A stretch of 63,991 bases of DNA, counting the filler, from Raillietiella orientalis (lineage: Eukaryota): NCBI GenBank assembly GCA_036172245.1. It is 4 parts of 4 records of this genome, joined end to end, with 100 filler letters (N's around TTAATTAATTAA, not from the genome) between each part and the next. Parts side by side here need not be neighbours in the genome. Positions count along the whole stretch, not along the records: positions 17,681 to 35,152 come from JAYWIR010000246.1; positions 35,253 to 52,599 come from JAYWIR010000247.1; 2 more parts are not named here. One strand, written 5' to 3'. Below the pieces are notes generated by a model. It saw only the letters and a program-made list of their open reading frames with translations. It was not told where the DNA came from and ran no database searches. Position numbers and translations under genes: made by a program. Positions within the stretch are counted from its first letter, which is position 1; the number at the start of each line of letters is the position of its first letter. Shown here piece after piece: positions 23,940-37,400 of the stretch.

Positions 23940-25200
23940 ACAAACAACTGACCCTCCGCGATGGTCTCCATCTGCAGGACGTCTGCCGCAGTGATCACGT
24001 GGATCACCTGAGTAGGGCCAGGTCCAACTCACGTAGGGTGTCGACCGTATCCCGTCTGTTGCCGTCGCCGCGCAGCCCGTTGACATTCCAACAAGCCACG
24101 CGGATCCGAGGACGAAAGGAGCGCCCAGGTGCTAATCCTGGGAAATCGGCGTTGCGGCGTCCGCCACCTAGGGGGCAGGACGCAAGGAGGAAGAAGGGGG
24201 TTGCTTCGAGCACCTGATCCCCCTGCACCATTGGTGCCGCTGTGTCCGGCGGCTCCGACGAGGGAGGTGTCGCACCAACCTGATCGCCCTCCTCCATTGG
24301 GGCAGGCTACTCGGGTTCGGCGCATGCAGGGGGGGCCTCCCTACGTTGCTCACCCTCCTCGATTATGGTCGCCTGCTTACCGGGTTCCGGGCGTGTGAGC
24401 TCTCCCTCAGGGTTTCCCACGCTCACATCTGTTTCCGGCTTCAGCTCGCTCGTTGACGGAAGGAGTCTCCTGGGCTTTTGGGACTTTGATCCCGCCACAT
24501 AAGCTGAACACCTGCTATCCTCTCGATGTCCCGCGCATGTTCTGAGAGATCTGATCGTTCTCCTGCAGCAAGGCACGAGGTCGAAGGGATGAAAAGTATG
24601 TCTCCTCTCCTGCCGTCATCGCAAAGACGGTTGACGTTCCAGCAGGCGATGCCTATTTGACAGCAGATGTCGAGTCCCGGCATTCCTGCTGGGAAAGTGA
24701 TGCTGCGTCTCCAGCATCCCCATCGGACGGGATGCTTTGTGACTGCACCGCTATGGGGGGCGCCTCTGTGACTTCCTCCGCTTCCATCGGTTCCGCAGCG
24801 ACCGCGCATCAGAATCCAGGACACGTGTCCATTTCTCCCCACGCTCTGAGAGCACCATTCGCGTGCACGCTGTGCAACGCGGAATCTTGTCGGCATCGCA
24901 CTGCTGGCGGAATGTGAATGGGTTCCATGGGTGCAGCTATCTTTCCGAGTCTGTCGCCGTCATAACCCCATTCCTCCGGCAACTTCGAAGTCGGGATCAG
25001 GAACGCTTCATGTTCCGAACTCCTTCCAGGATCGCTTTTTCGATCCAGAAGTTGGTGCTGCAGCCATTCGTGCTGGCATTGCGGGATAAAGGCATCTGCT
25101 GACAGGATTCGCTCTCCGTTTCTTCCCGAGGCAAGGCGACCAGCCAACCGCTGCCCCTAATATGAGGTTCCAACAAGAGCAACCACCTTGAGCAACCGTC
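23940..25200 (-). mobile_element. Decayed L1/Tx1 ORF1-end and APE N-terminal remnants (at least two)
   Basis: VACWNVNGLRGDGNRR (~24050-24100) and IACWNVNRLCDDGRR (~24610-24655); right boundary approximate. Confidence 0.75.
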
Positions 25201-25886
25201 GTGGTCCCTCTCTCTTTTTCCCGTTACGCAACCGTGGTGTCAGGGTTTTCCACTAAGCCCGGAAACTAGCTTGGGTGTATTGCGTCAGGAAAGCGGGAAA
25301 GAAAGGGGGACGTTGTCGTGAAATCCAGTCTGCACACGGGCATCTTGCCCGTTCATCCTTTCAGTGCACGTCACTTCCGTCCCGAATGTTTCGCAAGGCG
25401 TGTTCACGGCGACCTTGAGACCCTTGTGCACCGACCACACCGCATGTGGACGATCCGTAGATTGCAGGTACACCTATTGTGCCTACCCTCGACTCGTTCG
25501 TTCTTTTCCCTTGAAAAAGGAACGCTAAAGAGAGAAATATTGCCCTTGCTTATCAAATTCTCGGAGCACGATTCAAAAAATAGACTGAGCCGTGTCGAAA
25601 TGGCCTTTGCGTTCGCTTCATGCCGCCGCACCATCCACAAGATTTCCTCAGCTCTTCCTAGATCACGCAAGCACCAGCAGCAACATCGCAGCGACGAATA
25701 ATTTATTTTCAACCTTAAGGTGTGGCTTACCAACGAACACCGTAGGCATCCAGAAGCATCATCACGCCCATTGCATGTGCTTCATACAATTATGCTTGGA
25801 AACCTGTGATGGTAACAGCCACATTCCCATGAGAACCATGTAAGGTACAGAGCAAACTTTTATTTCCTATACGAGATACCAGCAGA

Positions 25887-28800
25887 TCACCGAGAGCTCT
25901 TGATGTACACGAGGTTGAAACCAGCGTTCATCGCCATGGTCATCACAACGTTGTTTGTTCTGATGTGCAGCATAAATGGAAACACGGGAGCTGAAAGTGC
26001 AAATCACAACGGAAACCTACACTGAACGTCATCTTACTGCACACTTGAGTTCCCGCATTCAACGCAGTTACAGCATTTAGTACCACGCCCCGCAAACGCT
26101 CTTGGGTGCACGTGCCGTTTCAGCCATAAGTACAGCAGCCTTAGAGTACCGCAAGGGATGATAAAACGTCGTTCATACAATTTTGCAAATGCTGTTGCTC
26201 AAGGAAGTCGCAGCAGTCGCGTCAATCGAGAAACCAACTGTAACTGCGTTGGGCATTGCAGTCAGGCACAACGCCCTAGCTGTAGGGGTACGCCTCACGC
26301 ACATCGCGTATTCCAAGTTGGTATTCAAAACCGACATAACGCTGTTCATCCAGCCAAAGGAGGTGATCGTACCTGTGGCCTCAAGGAAGTACTGAAGGCA
26401 TCCAATGGGAGCTGGAAATAAACAAACACTTTGAATACTCGGCACCGTATCCGCGTCGCGATAGGGATACGATAGGATATTCCGTGAAGAAGAAATCCGC
26501 ATCCATTGCAAGATATAATTTGCCACAACCTCTTCATTCCTTTGGGAATTTTTGCTGGTACACGGAGAAATTCGGGGTAAAGAGTGCTGCGAACCCTCCC
26601 TTGGTTTTGGAGTCGACCGACCTCAGCAGAAACCAAAAGGCGGGAAATGCCTCGGTCACAACAGAAAACCCATTCCGTCAGCCCGGCAACATTCCCGGAG
26701 GTCACTCCCACAAGTGCACAACCTACTACCGCGTGCAGGACAGGAAAGGTAGCGCTTTCGTTGCTTGGGGAGCGAATTCGACGAAGCATGGAGTGAGACA
26801 GCGCCTTCCACTTACCCAGATACGCGGATCCGGATTCAATCTGCAACACACGGATGGACCAGGATCTTGCTTCCCCCGCGATGGCAGCGGCGACCGTGAT
26901 GACGAGATTAACTCCCGTAGTTGCAGCGTCCATCTTCACATACACTGAAATCCAAAAGGACAGGCTTCACTGCCTCAGCTGGCATGGGAGTTCTGCGCCT
27001 CCTGACTGTTCTTCAGTCAAGCAGTTTCGCTTAGTATCCGGAACTACTTCACGGATATCTGTCCACGAGCACTGCACCGCTGGTTCATACCAGCGGACAC
27101 TGGCCGGCATGCCACGAAGTCAAAGGCAACAGTGGCACTCTCTTGTCAAAATTCACTTCTGGAATCTAAAAGGTGCACAAAGGCAGAAAGGAGTTTCGAG
27201 GGTGTAGAGGTTTTCCGATAGTGTGTCCCCAACCTCCATCTCTTCTCCTACTACACACCAGATGGCTAGGCCCCGTAGAACGTGATCAACGCCGCGGATG
27301 AACTAACACTTCCCGGGACGAGGGGTTCCTATTTCGGCAGGACTGTTGCTTCGAGTTGCCCCTAGCAACGTAATCAATCCCTGCCCTCTTATGTCAGCAG
27401 GAGCAGACAGGAAATAGCAGCACTGCACGTGAAACGTGTTGGTCGGGAGGAGGCATCGCAGCGCGCGCGACTGAGGTGCACGGCGGCTCTTCGAATGAAA
27501 GAAGAGTCGCATTTCCCCTTGTGGTGCGGCACACCCAAACCGAACAGACGATCTTCAAGAGTCACACCGCGTCAAAGATTGGCAGCGATGTTTCGGAAGG
27601 CGTACTGCATTCCGTGGCTTCCTATAACTACGACCTCCCACGAATAGGGAACCTGCTGGTTATTGCCACTTTCCGGTGTCGAAAAGAGTTACTTACGGTG
27701 ATTGTTCGGGTTCGGTCCGCAAATCGACGATGGGATGCTCTGAAAAGATCCGCTGCCCAAGGGCGTTATCACCAGCGAATCCGGGTCGCACTGCCCGCTT
27801 GCGCGGATTGCTGATCGAAGAGTCAGGGGCTGTAGTTCGATCCTGAAATTCACAGGTGCTTGAAAAACAAATTCTCCTCTGTGTCCCTCCTTTTCCACCG
27901 TGAATTAACCCTCGACAGCCCTGCAGGCAAGGAACAGCGCGTGTGCGAGAGGGAATTTCGTGATGAGGAAATGCGGCCAGCAGTCACGCTGCTTTTCTCA
28001 CTGTGGATCCTCACAATCGAGCGGTGCCTTTAACCCCGGAACCCTTCAGGCAGCTCCTGCGAGTGGGCCTTCTTAGGGCACGCCACGTTTCTCCCAGAAA
28101 AAGGCTTCCTGCGGTGTCTTCCGCTGCAGCATGCGCTTCCCTTTGGACTTCCGTGCCTTTACACGTGTTCTGATTCCCGATGGTTTCCAAGCACCCGTGT
28201 TTTGTGCTGAACCTCATACCCAAACATTGCGCGTTTTGCCTGCCCAAATTTAGCGGACGTTCGTTTTCGATTCTCACAGGAACACAACTGCACAATGATC
28301 CCTATTTGTCCATTGTCCTTCCACTTGAGTGCAAACCTTCCTTTCCAGCATGCGTCCCTCCACGGAAGCCTGTTGCGGCACGCAACGGTATACTCAAAGG
28401 GCACTCCCCCCTTCAGCATGTCGCTTGTCATGAACCTGCGCAGCAAAACTCCCTGACACTGCATATGACTTGATGCGCTTCCCGTAGAAACGCTTTCCGC
28501 GGTTGTTCCCGCGCATTTTCTCAGCGTTGCTGTTTTCGACTGTGGCGGCTGATCGTCATCGGTGGACGGTCTTCCGGATCGTGTTCCCGGTAGGGGTCTA
28601 GGAGGAAACCGCTTTTTGGTTCCCTCACCTCAAAAGTCACGCCAGGAGCCGAGACGGTCTTCAGCGTAGCCGCATTTGGCTGATACTCGGGAACCATCGA
28701 ATATCCATTGATGAGTTGCTGCTAACAGCTACCAAAGGGGAAACCTCTCAAGCTCTGAAGACTAACACGATCGCTCGTCAGGGTCAACCGTTCCAGGACC

Positions 28801-29334
28801 TGGGCGCGTCCTTCCGCGGTGAGAAGACGAGCAGCTCATTCCCAGCGAGCGAGACACTCTTCCTTGTCCAGTACGCCGCGCATTGAGGCCTCATACAGTT
28901 GCCAACGAGCTCTTTCATCCTCGTACTCAACACTTGAATGGCACCGAATCCCATGAGGTCGTTCGTTGCTCAGAGATCCACCTGTGGGTTTGAACTGTTT
29001 CCTCTTTCTCACCTGAATTGCTGGATACGCGAGTTCAGTTTCTGGACCGATGCTTGGCATGTCCCTCCGGTCGTTAGGATGTCCGTCGTGTTCTCGAAGT
29101 AGGTATTGTTTACTCTTGCACTTCGCCCGCATCCAAGTATCACTTTGGAAGTTTGACCATTTTCGGCATGGGACCAATGCGTTTCTTACCTAAACAGCAA
29201 ACACCCAGCCCCAGGGCACATTGCCCAATCCTGCTACCGCCGGCATTACTGCACTCTACAGGAGGGACACGTCCCGTTGCGCGAGTTTTGGAAGCAAGGC
29301 AGATTTTGTATCCGCACTACTTGCATCAGTGAAC
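25887..29334 (-). pseudogene. Multi-exon CUB-domain protein gene with Cys-rich N-terminus, apparently frameshifted
   Basis: GT-AG exons 29334-29190 (NGTC..EC..GG..GQCALGLGVCC), ~28755-28630, 27842-27697 (GQCD..ICGPNPNNH), 26944-26816 (LYV..RSWSIRVLQI), 26411-~26179 (APIGCLQYF..GTITSF), ~26140-26040, ~25990-25887 (PF..GFNLVY); frameshifts in three exons; first exon not found. Confidence 0.78.
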
Positions 29335-29799
29335 CTGAGAGAATGACCAAATGATGAGTACTCGGCGGTTATCCCGAAGAACATTTCCGTTTGCCACGAA
29401 AATCGTGCCCGTCGAAGACATTCTCTTTGCGTGCCATCGCCTCACACTGTCACCTAAGTTCGAGTTGCACGCATTCAGTTGGTTCACTTTCAGGGATGCT
29501 TTCAACAGGAATGGTTTCGATAGTCGAATGAGGAGGTCGTAGGTTACCCGCGTGGCGAGGGAAGGATTGGGGAGAAACAAGTGGAGGGCATGGAACATGC
29601 GGGAAGAAGGAGATTCCAGAGGTGCTCGACTTGCATCTCTTTCGTTCTTGTGCAATGACCACCGCACTGAGGAGGACTTGCAGCACCCAGCAGGCGTTTT
29701 CTTCCGGAACTGGAGGGGGCACACCAATCCGTGGAAGAGAGCAGATGCCTGGCGGCTTGTGTGCCACTGCAGTTCTGCCACGTCGGTTCGTGTGGTGTC

Positions 29800-29877
29800 G
29801 CGGTTGTGAATGTGTGTGTGGATGTGTGGGTGAGAGGTGTGTGTGAGTAGGTGGATGTATGGATGGATGCGTGTGAT
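29800..29877. repeat. Imperfect (TG)n/(TGGA)n microsatellite
   Basis: Directly visible. Confidence 0.8.
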
Positions 29878-32734
29878 TGTGCGTTCGGAATACCGTCAAG
29901 CGAAATCGCGCAGAGGTCTTCGGCAGCACTCGTTACTTACGAGATTGGTGTCTTGAGGTTGTGTTTGCTGCTTCTCCCTGTATGGCGAACATCAGGAAAA
30001 TTCCGACAATCCATGAACACATCTCGACAATCGTGCAGCCACTTTGGAAACCACCTCGAGTTATCAGCATCATGGATCCAATTCCCTACGATTGCGGCAA
30101 CGCTTAGAAGAAAAGGTCTCTGCAAGCTATGATTTTGTGTAAAAAAGGATTTTCTTAAATGATAAAAGTGGAAAACGGTAAGGTCACTTTTTTTTTCTTT
30201 CTCAATACGCATTTGTGCGTTTTTTTGTCAGCTTCCAATGCCCGTTATTTGGAAAGGGTCGTTTGTGGTTTTCCGTTTTGGAATCTGCGGGAATACCAGT
30301 GGATTCAATCCGAATTATTTGGGTGCTTCCATTTTATTACATTAAATAAGACCTTTATGCTGGATTCGTGACCAGGTCTTGATCTACCTCTATAAGTCTC
30401 TTTCATGAGTAACAAAGACGGTATACAGATTCTTAAAGGGCCAAACAAGAGTGGTGTTCTTTTTTGTCCTGCTCAAAGGCCGCTCTCAAACCAAGAAACT
30501 CGCTTCCCGTGAGTTTCGCATTCCAATTTCGAACTGTGCTTTCACGCAAGCGGACGACGAGATGTTAGAGAAGGATGGTATCCAACGCAGTGCAGCGTTC
30601 CATTCCCTTGTGATTTGCATCCTCAGCGTACAGCTCACACTTAATAGTCCACGTAGGGTAAGAGAAAGAAGCACAGGAGAATAGCCTCACATGCCATGTG
30701 GCAGCATGCGTTATCGCGGTCGAGCCAAAGGTGTTTTTTGAGTCAACACATCGAAGGGTCTTCCGAATTTCGTTTTTTCCTGGATGTGAGCTGTTGCTGA
30801 GTTGCCGTCGTAGACGTCTGTCGCGAATGCCTCAAAACGAAACAGCATCTGAAGCGCACATTTGATACCAACAGACGGAGGTTTCTGTACTGCCGCCAAA
30901 AGACCCTAACTGATATTGGAATTGACAGTGTCACTGTACGGCTCTCTGATTGGTGTACCCTTCTTACTTGGGAAATCAACTGGTCATCCGAGGTAGCTGA
31001 CGTAACTTACCTTACTGATGGACTGTGAGCGAAGTTCACCAAAATCATGGCCCATTCATGCATCAACCGTGCACTATGAATTACCAGACAAAACTACTTA
31101 TTGGACACCTCATGTCAAAGAAATGGACATTTGTTTTTCATATGACAGCATTGCTGGAAACATTTCTCAGACAGAACTGTGTTTTGTTCCGTCTAATGGA
31201 TCTGCAGTGTGTGCAGCCTCCATGACCTTTTCGTGCCCGTAGTCCGCTGTCCTTGCGTGATTTCCTGAACGTGAAATGCTAAAAGCAAATAAGCTGAAAA
31301 GACTTTCTACCTTTTACGAAATTCTTGCACTGACTTGTCTGATTCGAAACGGAAGCTTCGGCACTTCTTTGCATTTCCACGGCACACCGAGCTCCGGATC
31401 CTTGCACTTCTGGCCCCAACTTCAAAGGGCATGCGGTCGCAGAAGAATCAACACTTTGTCATGAGATGAAACACTTTCTAGACGAGGAAGCAGAGGGGAA
31501 CAGTCGCTCTTGAATTCCGATTTCCTCATGCGGAAATGGGTGCATTGCAAAGGGCAAACTTTCGGCTCCCTATACCCAATCTTTTCTCCGTTGATACGGG
31601 CATACGTGACATTCGCCATATCAAGCCCTTTTCGAAAAGTGTGCTTCCTTGATAGTCACCGATTGACCTCAACGAAAAGTTTCATTTGCCGTCCGTAAAG
31701 TACGTCGACTGTTGATCTGCTAATTAGCGGTGCAAGATGCTTTGTTCCTTGGTTTCATAGAGTTCATGAGTAAGTAGAAAAGGAAAAGCTATCGGGTGCA
31801 ATCACGGCTGTTTATTTGGTACGATGCTGTTCATGGAAGAGTCTTTGATGTGGCGATAAGCATTTGCTTCCCTGTGGCAAAATTGCAATTTTGGAAGGAC
31901 AATGAGGAATGTTCAAGGTCTAACATCAACCCACTCTGAAACTTTGATGATGGGGAGATGATGGTCAGTTTATGATTTGTTAGGGCGGACATGAAGGGAG
32001 CACCATCAGCTTTGCTGAGCGATGCTGTCTCCTGGCTCTGCCGGTTTCGATGTGTGGCGTCTTCCTGGAAATGAGTCTTGGAAAGCGACTTCCTTGTGCT
32101 TTACAGAAGAAGGGCATATGGGTTACCTTGCAAGGATAGCAAAGGTGCGCATGTTGTGAGTAAGAATGTCCAATTTTAGGTCCCAATTCCCATATGCACG
32201 TTAAGGATTCTTAGGGAAATTATCGGAAATGCATCGACGTACTGTGAAAGCAAAAGAAACTGAGAGAGCTGTATTGGGGTCGACCTTTTGCGTGTCACCG
32301 CGAAATACTCTATTTGAAACATACTTGATTTATTTATTTTGAAATACTTTATTTGTTTCGAGACGTAATGTTGGGAGGAGAGTGAAGGGGAGAAGGTGAG
32401 GTGAATGGTGAGCATAATGTTTTGGGATTAATGGTACTGTCGGAGGAGGGTGGTGGTATTTGCGGTGTTCGAATGATGATTGTATGATAAATGATGATGG
32501 TAAAGTAGTGGAGAATAAGGGGTCCGAATATATGGGCATGGAATGCGGAAATGAATCGATTCATAATGATTCTGTTAGCAACAATAATAATCAATGTATT
32601 TACAAATCTGTTATTTTAAATCTAATGTTTGATTGTTCTAATAAAGTCTTGAGGGTCGCTAGACTTCAAGTGAAAAAAACTGCTGCCACAGATTCGGGAA
32701 CTTTGACTGAATGAGATCCGTGGATGATCTATTA

Positions 32735-32785
32735 CAGGGGTGTCGAACTGGCGGCCCTCGATGTGATGTTATGTGGCCCGCCATG
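32735..32785 (+). mobile_element. hAT (Charlie/Buster-like) transposon terminus remnant
   Basis: CAGGGGTGTCGAACT-GGCGGCCC...TGTGGCCCGC preceded by ATCTATTA (nnnTAnnn pattern); opposite end not found. Confidence 0.6.
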
Positions 32786-34739
32786 CCCAGAAATGAAATG
32801 AAAAAGAAAACACACACGCGCGCACACAATATGTAACGAAGAAAATAGATAATAACCACCGCGTCGTTGCTATGGCATCCGCTACGATGCACTGCTCAAC
32901 CGTGGGAGACCTGTGGGAGATTCATAAATGCATCGTGAGAAATAGTCCGAGTTTTTGTAATGCTTTCCTCTAATTCTAAGCAAAGGCATTTGCTGTAGTT
33001 TCTTTGTTCCGATCGTCCTTCCAAGCATTTGTGGGCCGTGTTTCTTCTATAAATTCTTTTCCAGAAATGTAAGTACTTACACCTTGCTCGGACAAGCCAC
33101 TTTTGGAAGATGCCCTGTGGCCACGGCTCGTATTATGCGGACGAAGACGTTCCTGCATACGTACTAAGGTTCAAGTACGAAAGATGTCAAGTGATATGTA
33201 GGATGCACGTGTGTCTGCATTCAGAAGGAAGAAACATTACAGCCTGAACGCTGCTTTGCTCATGCTGATTTATCAGAGGCTTCTCGGACATTCGTTCCCT
33301 TCCCAAAAATAGCGTGTCACTTTCTCGCGGAATCTCTTCGTTGGCCTGATGGAACTGCTATTCGATAGCTGCCGAGCTGCCTCAGCAGTGCAGTCTGGCC
33401 GGTAAAACACGAAGTTGTTTTCACGTTGGTGACAATCAGCAACCATCCTTTGGGTCTCATCACTGCAGAGTTAGTTTTCGCCGCCAAAAGTAGTGAAGCT
33501 GAGGATCCTCCGGTATCAGAGGATCACGATGGCGAGAAGCGGACAGATCCTACCGCATAACGTGCAGAAACTGAATGTATCTCAGAAAATCAGCGTCCTC
33601 GATTACCGCTCCATACGTGCGTCTTGCTTCCACCTCTTCAGATACCTCCCGAATCCCACAATCCTACCTCATCTATGTCAAACATATGGGAAGAAAAATG
33701 AACTGTATTGGAGCTGTGTCGGGGTCCTAACGGACTCTGGGCTAAATGAGACCTCGGCGACACGATGAGCCAGCGAACCGTTTAAGGAAACATCCGGAAG
33801 CCCTCCCATGCGCTACGCGCAGCCGCGTTTTTTGCGTCGACACGTGACTGGGCAGTCTGTCGCTCTCTCGGCCGAAGTATTTCACGTAAGCAGGAAGTGC
33901 CGCGAACGGACCGTGCGGTGATGGCCCTTCCTGCCCTTGATTTCATTCAGCCCACTGATGGGGAACACTGAACCTTTGGATTGCAAGTTACAAAGGGTCC
34001 CAAGGACTTTTCAGGAGTTTGCATGAGGTCCACTCTGGAACAGATTTGCAGAACTAAAAACAAGCTGGTACAAAAACGGAGCATGGCAAAAGATGGATGC
34101 GACTCTTGTCCGTCGTTCCTTTTGCTGGTAACGCACTCTGTTGGGCGGAGTACTCGTCTTCCTTCGTTGACATGTTCTCCTCTAACAGGCCCGTGACTCG
34201 CTATCTGGACCAGCTGCCCTTCAACATCCCCGGAGATCTGTTTAGCTGTCTTTTGCTGTCAATCCTTCAAGAAAAGGCTCTCTTTGATCATTTTTCAGCT
34301 CGTTGCGATTCGTTCCGTCAGCACAGCGCATACCGCAACAGGAATGAAAACTGTAAATATCTTTGTGACCTGCCACAGTCGTCACTAACCTATTTTCTAC
34401 TATTCCTATTCCTTATCGGCCAACACATCATTCGCTTTTCATGAGGAAATTTTTTTGTTTCCAGCCCCACTCTAAGCATTATAAGGCACCGCCTTATTAT
34501 CAGTGCGATTCCCACAAGAACTCTCTTCCCCGGCTGAGTGGAGGGGGTAGCAGCGCTAAAACCATGTCTGCATCTTGATGGCAATTAACTGTTGTCAGCA
34601 TCATCATCGTGGCAAACTTTGAATCCTCCAATCTGTGACTCGATGTAGCGGTATTGACTTTAATAATAAAGTGCGTCGCAGATCTTTGAAAGAAATTACC
34701 ACAAAAGAATGATCCTATGATGAAGACTTCCGGTTAGAA

Positions 34740-34975
34740 ACACGGAACTGCAGTAGCAAGGTGGCTAGTTCCCGGAATTTTTTCCAGGCGATCCTCTTCG
34801 CCAGCGGCGAGGAGTTGGAGTGCTGTCGTTGCTGCACCATCCCGGCTGCAGTTGCGTAGCAGACTGCCTATAAGCACAGCGGCTACATACCGTCGCTGAT
34901 CTACAAGGTAGGCAGTGTGTTCGACGAGAAAATTGTACGCTCCTTTGAAATGGAGCTGCAAAGACTGAATGTTTT
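34740..34975 (+). mobile_element. Decayed L1/Tx1 ORF1 fragment
   Basis: RSWSAVV...GYIPSLIYKVGSVF matches ORF1s F, G, H. Confidence 0.75.
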
Positions 34976-35152
34976 CACGGTTTTTTCTCGATCGCGCATT
35001 TTAGATGTTTGGAGGTCACGAAGACGAGGCCAACCGTTTCGGGGTAGAACGGATGCCTCAGCAAAGAAAGCCAGGCATAGGAAGCAAGAGCACACGTTTC
35101 TTTCTGTTGATCTGTTAAAAAGCTGCTGCGCTGCTAACGCAAACCACAAATG

Positions 35153-35252
35153 NNNNNNNNNNNNNNNNNNNNNNNNNNNNNNNNNNNNNNNNNNNNTTAA
35201 TTAATTAANNNNNNNNNNNNNNNNNNNNNNNNNNNNNNNNNNNNNNNNNNNN
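35153..35252. other. Artificial contig linker
   Basis: N44-TTAATTAATTAA-N44. Confidence 0.97.
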
Positions 35253-37400
35253 ATACCCGGGCAGGGAAGGGGGCCCTAGCGCTCGCAGTCGATCTCCACA
35301 AGGCGTTAGACTGTGTAGACCAGGAACTCCTCTTGGAGCTCCTGGGTCGCATGGGCTTCCCACCTTCCCTGATTTCCTACCTGCGCTCTTGCAGGAGGAA
35401 TGCGATGATTACCGTCTGTTTCAGTGGACAGAATGTGTATGGCGTGCCGGTGCGGCGGGGCATAAAGCAGGGCGATAGCCTCAGCCCCCTGCTCTTTAGC
35501 ACCTACTTTGAGTTGGTGCTGAGAGCGTACAGGGTGACTTTGGCCCCCTTGCCGAGCTCGTGCCCCGGCACGCTCGCCGTAGCAGCGTACGCCGGCGATC
35601 TTCTGCTCTTGTTACCAATGTCCACCCCGGCAAAGGCGGTCGGAGACTTGTTCGATCAGCTCAGCCGCGGGACCGGACTGCAGGTTAACAGGGCGAAGTC
35701 GTCGGTTGTGCCAATAGGTGCGGCGTGGGCATTGCAGCAGGACTGGGTCCGTCTGGGGATCCCCACGGCGAGGTGCTTCAAGTACCTTGGTGTGCCGTTG
35801 GGGGGACTACTACCCTGCGGAAGCGTGGTCCAGCTGCCTCCAAAAAGTCGAGAAGGCGATTGGCCCGTTCCTGGAAGGCAAGTTTCACTTGTCGGAACGG
35901 GCCGCAGTTTAGAACGCGTTCGCGGCCCCCATCCTCCGCCCTTTGCTTTTTGTTTGCGCTCCCACCGTGGAATCCAAGAAGAGGACGAAGGACCTCCTCC
36001 GTATCGCCCTTTGGGGCAAGGGGAGGCCCCGATTCCTACTGTAGGACTTGTGCGCTCTGCGTCGGGACGGCGGTCTTGGCTTCCTGACGCTGGAGCGCGT
36101 GAAGAAGCAGCTGCGGTGGCGAACCCTCGCCATCGCAGCGAAGTTGTGGTGCACCCCTTGGTGCACTGCAGCCCGCCTCCTGGCCAGCCGTGTGTCCCGC
36201 TGCGATGGACTCGCGTCTTTTCTTCTCAGCCGTGGCCGCAAGATGCGAAGATGCGGCCTACTGCTCGGGCGCATGGCAACATTGGCCAAGGACAACAGCT
36301 GGATGGTTTGCTGCCCCGCCAACTCCCCCGCCTAACTGGAGGAAAATATTGGAACGTGGGCAGTGGTTAAAAAGACAAGCCACGAGACGTGGAATGGTCT
36401 CCGATGCAGCTCCTACGCCCGCTGCACGCTGCTTAATCTCCTGGAGAGTCCAGCAAGATGCACGTCGGCAGAGACGATCTGTCTAGCTAAGGCGCTGCCC
36501 TTCCTAAAGAGGGCACTTCACAGCAGCCGGACGCCAAGGTGGCAAGTCTCCTGCTGCATCGAGGGACGCGAAAAGTCGATTAGCGGCTCGACAACAGGAG
36601 AACTGGCAGACGCCACGACCTCGAGCATCCAGGCGCGAGGACTAAGAAGATGGGGCGAGCTGCTGGCCATCCCTATGAATGTGCTGAAGTGGCCCCCGCT
36701 TCTTTAGGAATCCAGGATCCTGCTTCTTAAATGGAAAGAGTCGGCGTTGCTGTTGTTGCATTGGGGTTTACCCTGCAACGCACGCCGCTCTCACTGGACA
36801 AGAGGAGTTGTGAATCCTGCGTGTGTCAGGTGCGGAGAGCGGGAATCGCTCTCCCACCTTATTGTGGACTGTGCTGCCCTTCGTCCCCTTTGGGAACGGT
36901 TTGGGACGATCCTCGGTCTCCCAACGGGCAGTTCCCCTAGAGAAGTTCTTCGGCCCCTCTTTGTGAAGGACGCCCTGCAGCCAGCCGCAGCCCTTGCAGC
37001 CTTGTGCTGCGTCCGAGGCATCGTAGCGGCATAGAGCGACACCAACAAGGAAGGAGTGGGTCAACACGCGAGGGATGTCATCCCATATGCCCAACGCTTC
37101 TTGGGAAGAGCTGCCGGATGGCCCCAACTGGGGAATATGCAGACTGACCTCGAGGGCTTCGTGCGACGGATGGGCCCTCCTCTCAGCGAACAGTGATCCC
37201 TTCCCTGCCCCCCAACCTCACTTGTTTGTTTGCCTTTTTGTTTTTATTTTTGTTTTTCCCCATCCCCTTTCGTTGCCGGGGAGTGCCACGCCGGGCTGCG
37301 TCCCTACGTCCCGGTAGTTCTTGTGCATAAGGCCGTGAGCGGGGCCTGGTACCGCAATTGTGGAGTTTTTATAAATAAACGCCCCGGACGTACCCGGGTG
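35253..37400 (+). mobile_element. L1/Tx1 family B-like RT to 3' end, decayed
   Basis: GIKQGDSLSP, YAGD, KYLG, CVRC..HLIVDC, AATAAA + hairpin + GTG. Confidence 0.92.

Noticed and set aside
21669..24300. Twin-priming inversion as the cause of opposite-strand pieces
   Set aside because: The inverted segment lies beyond the 3' terminus rather than 5' of the forward segment, which fits nesting; 41488 remains ambiguous
29400..34700. Many 60-160 aa ORFs
   Set aside because: No recognisable domains or consistent exon chain
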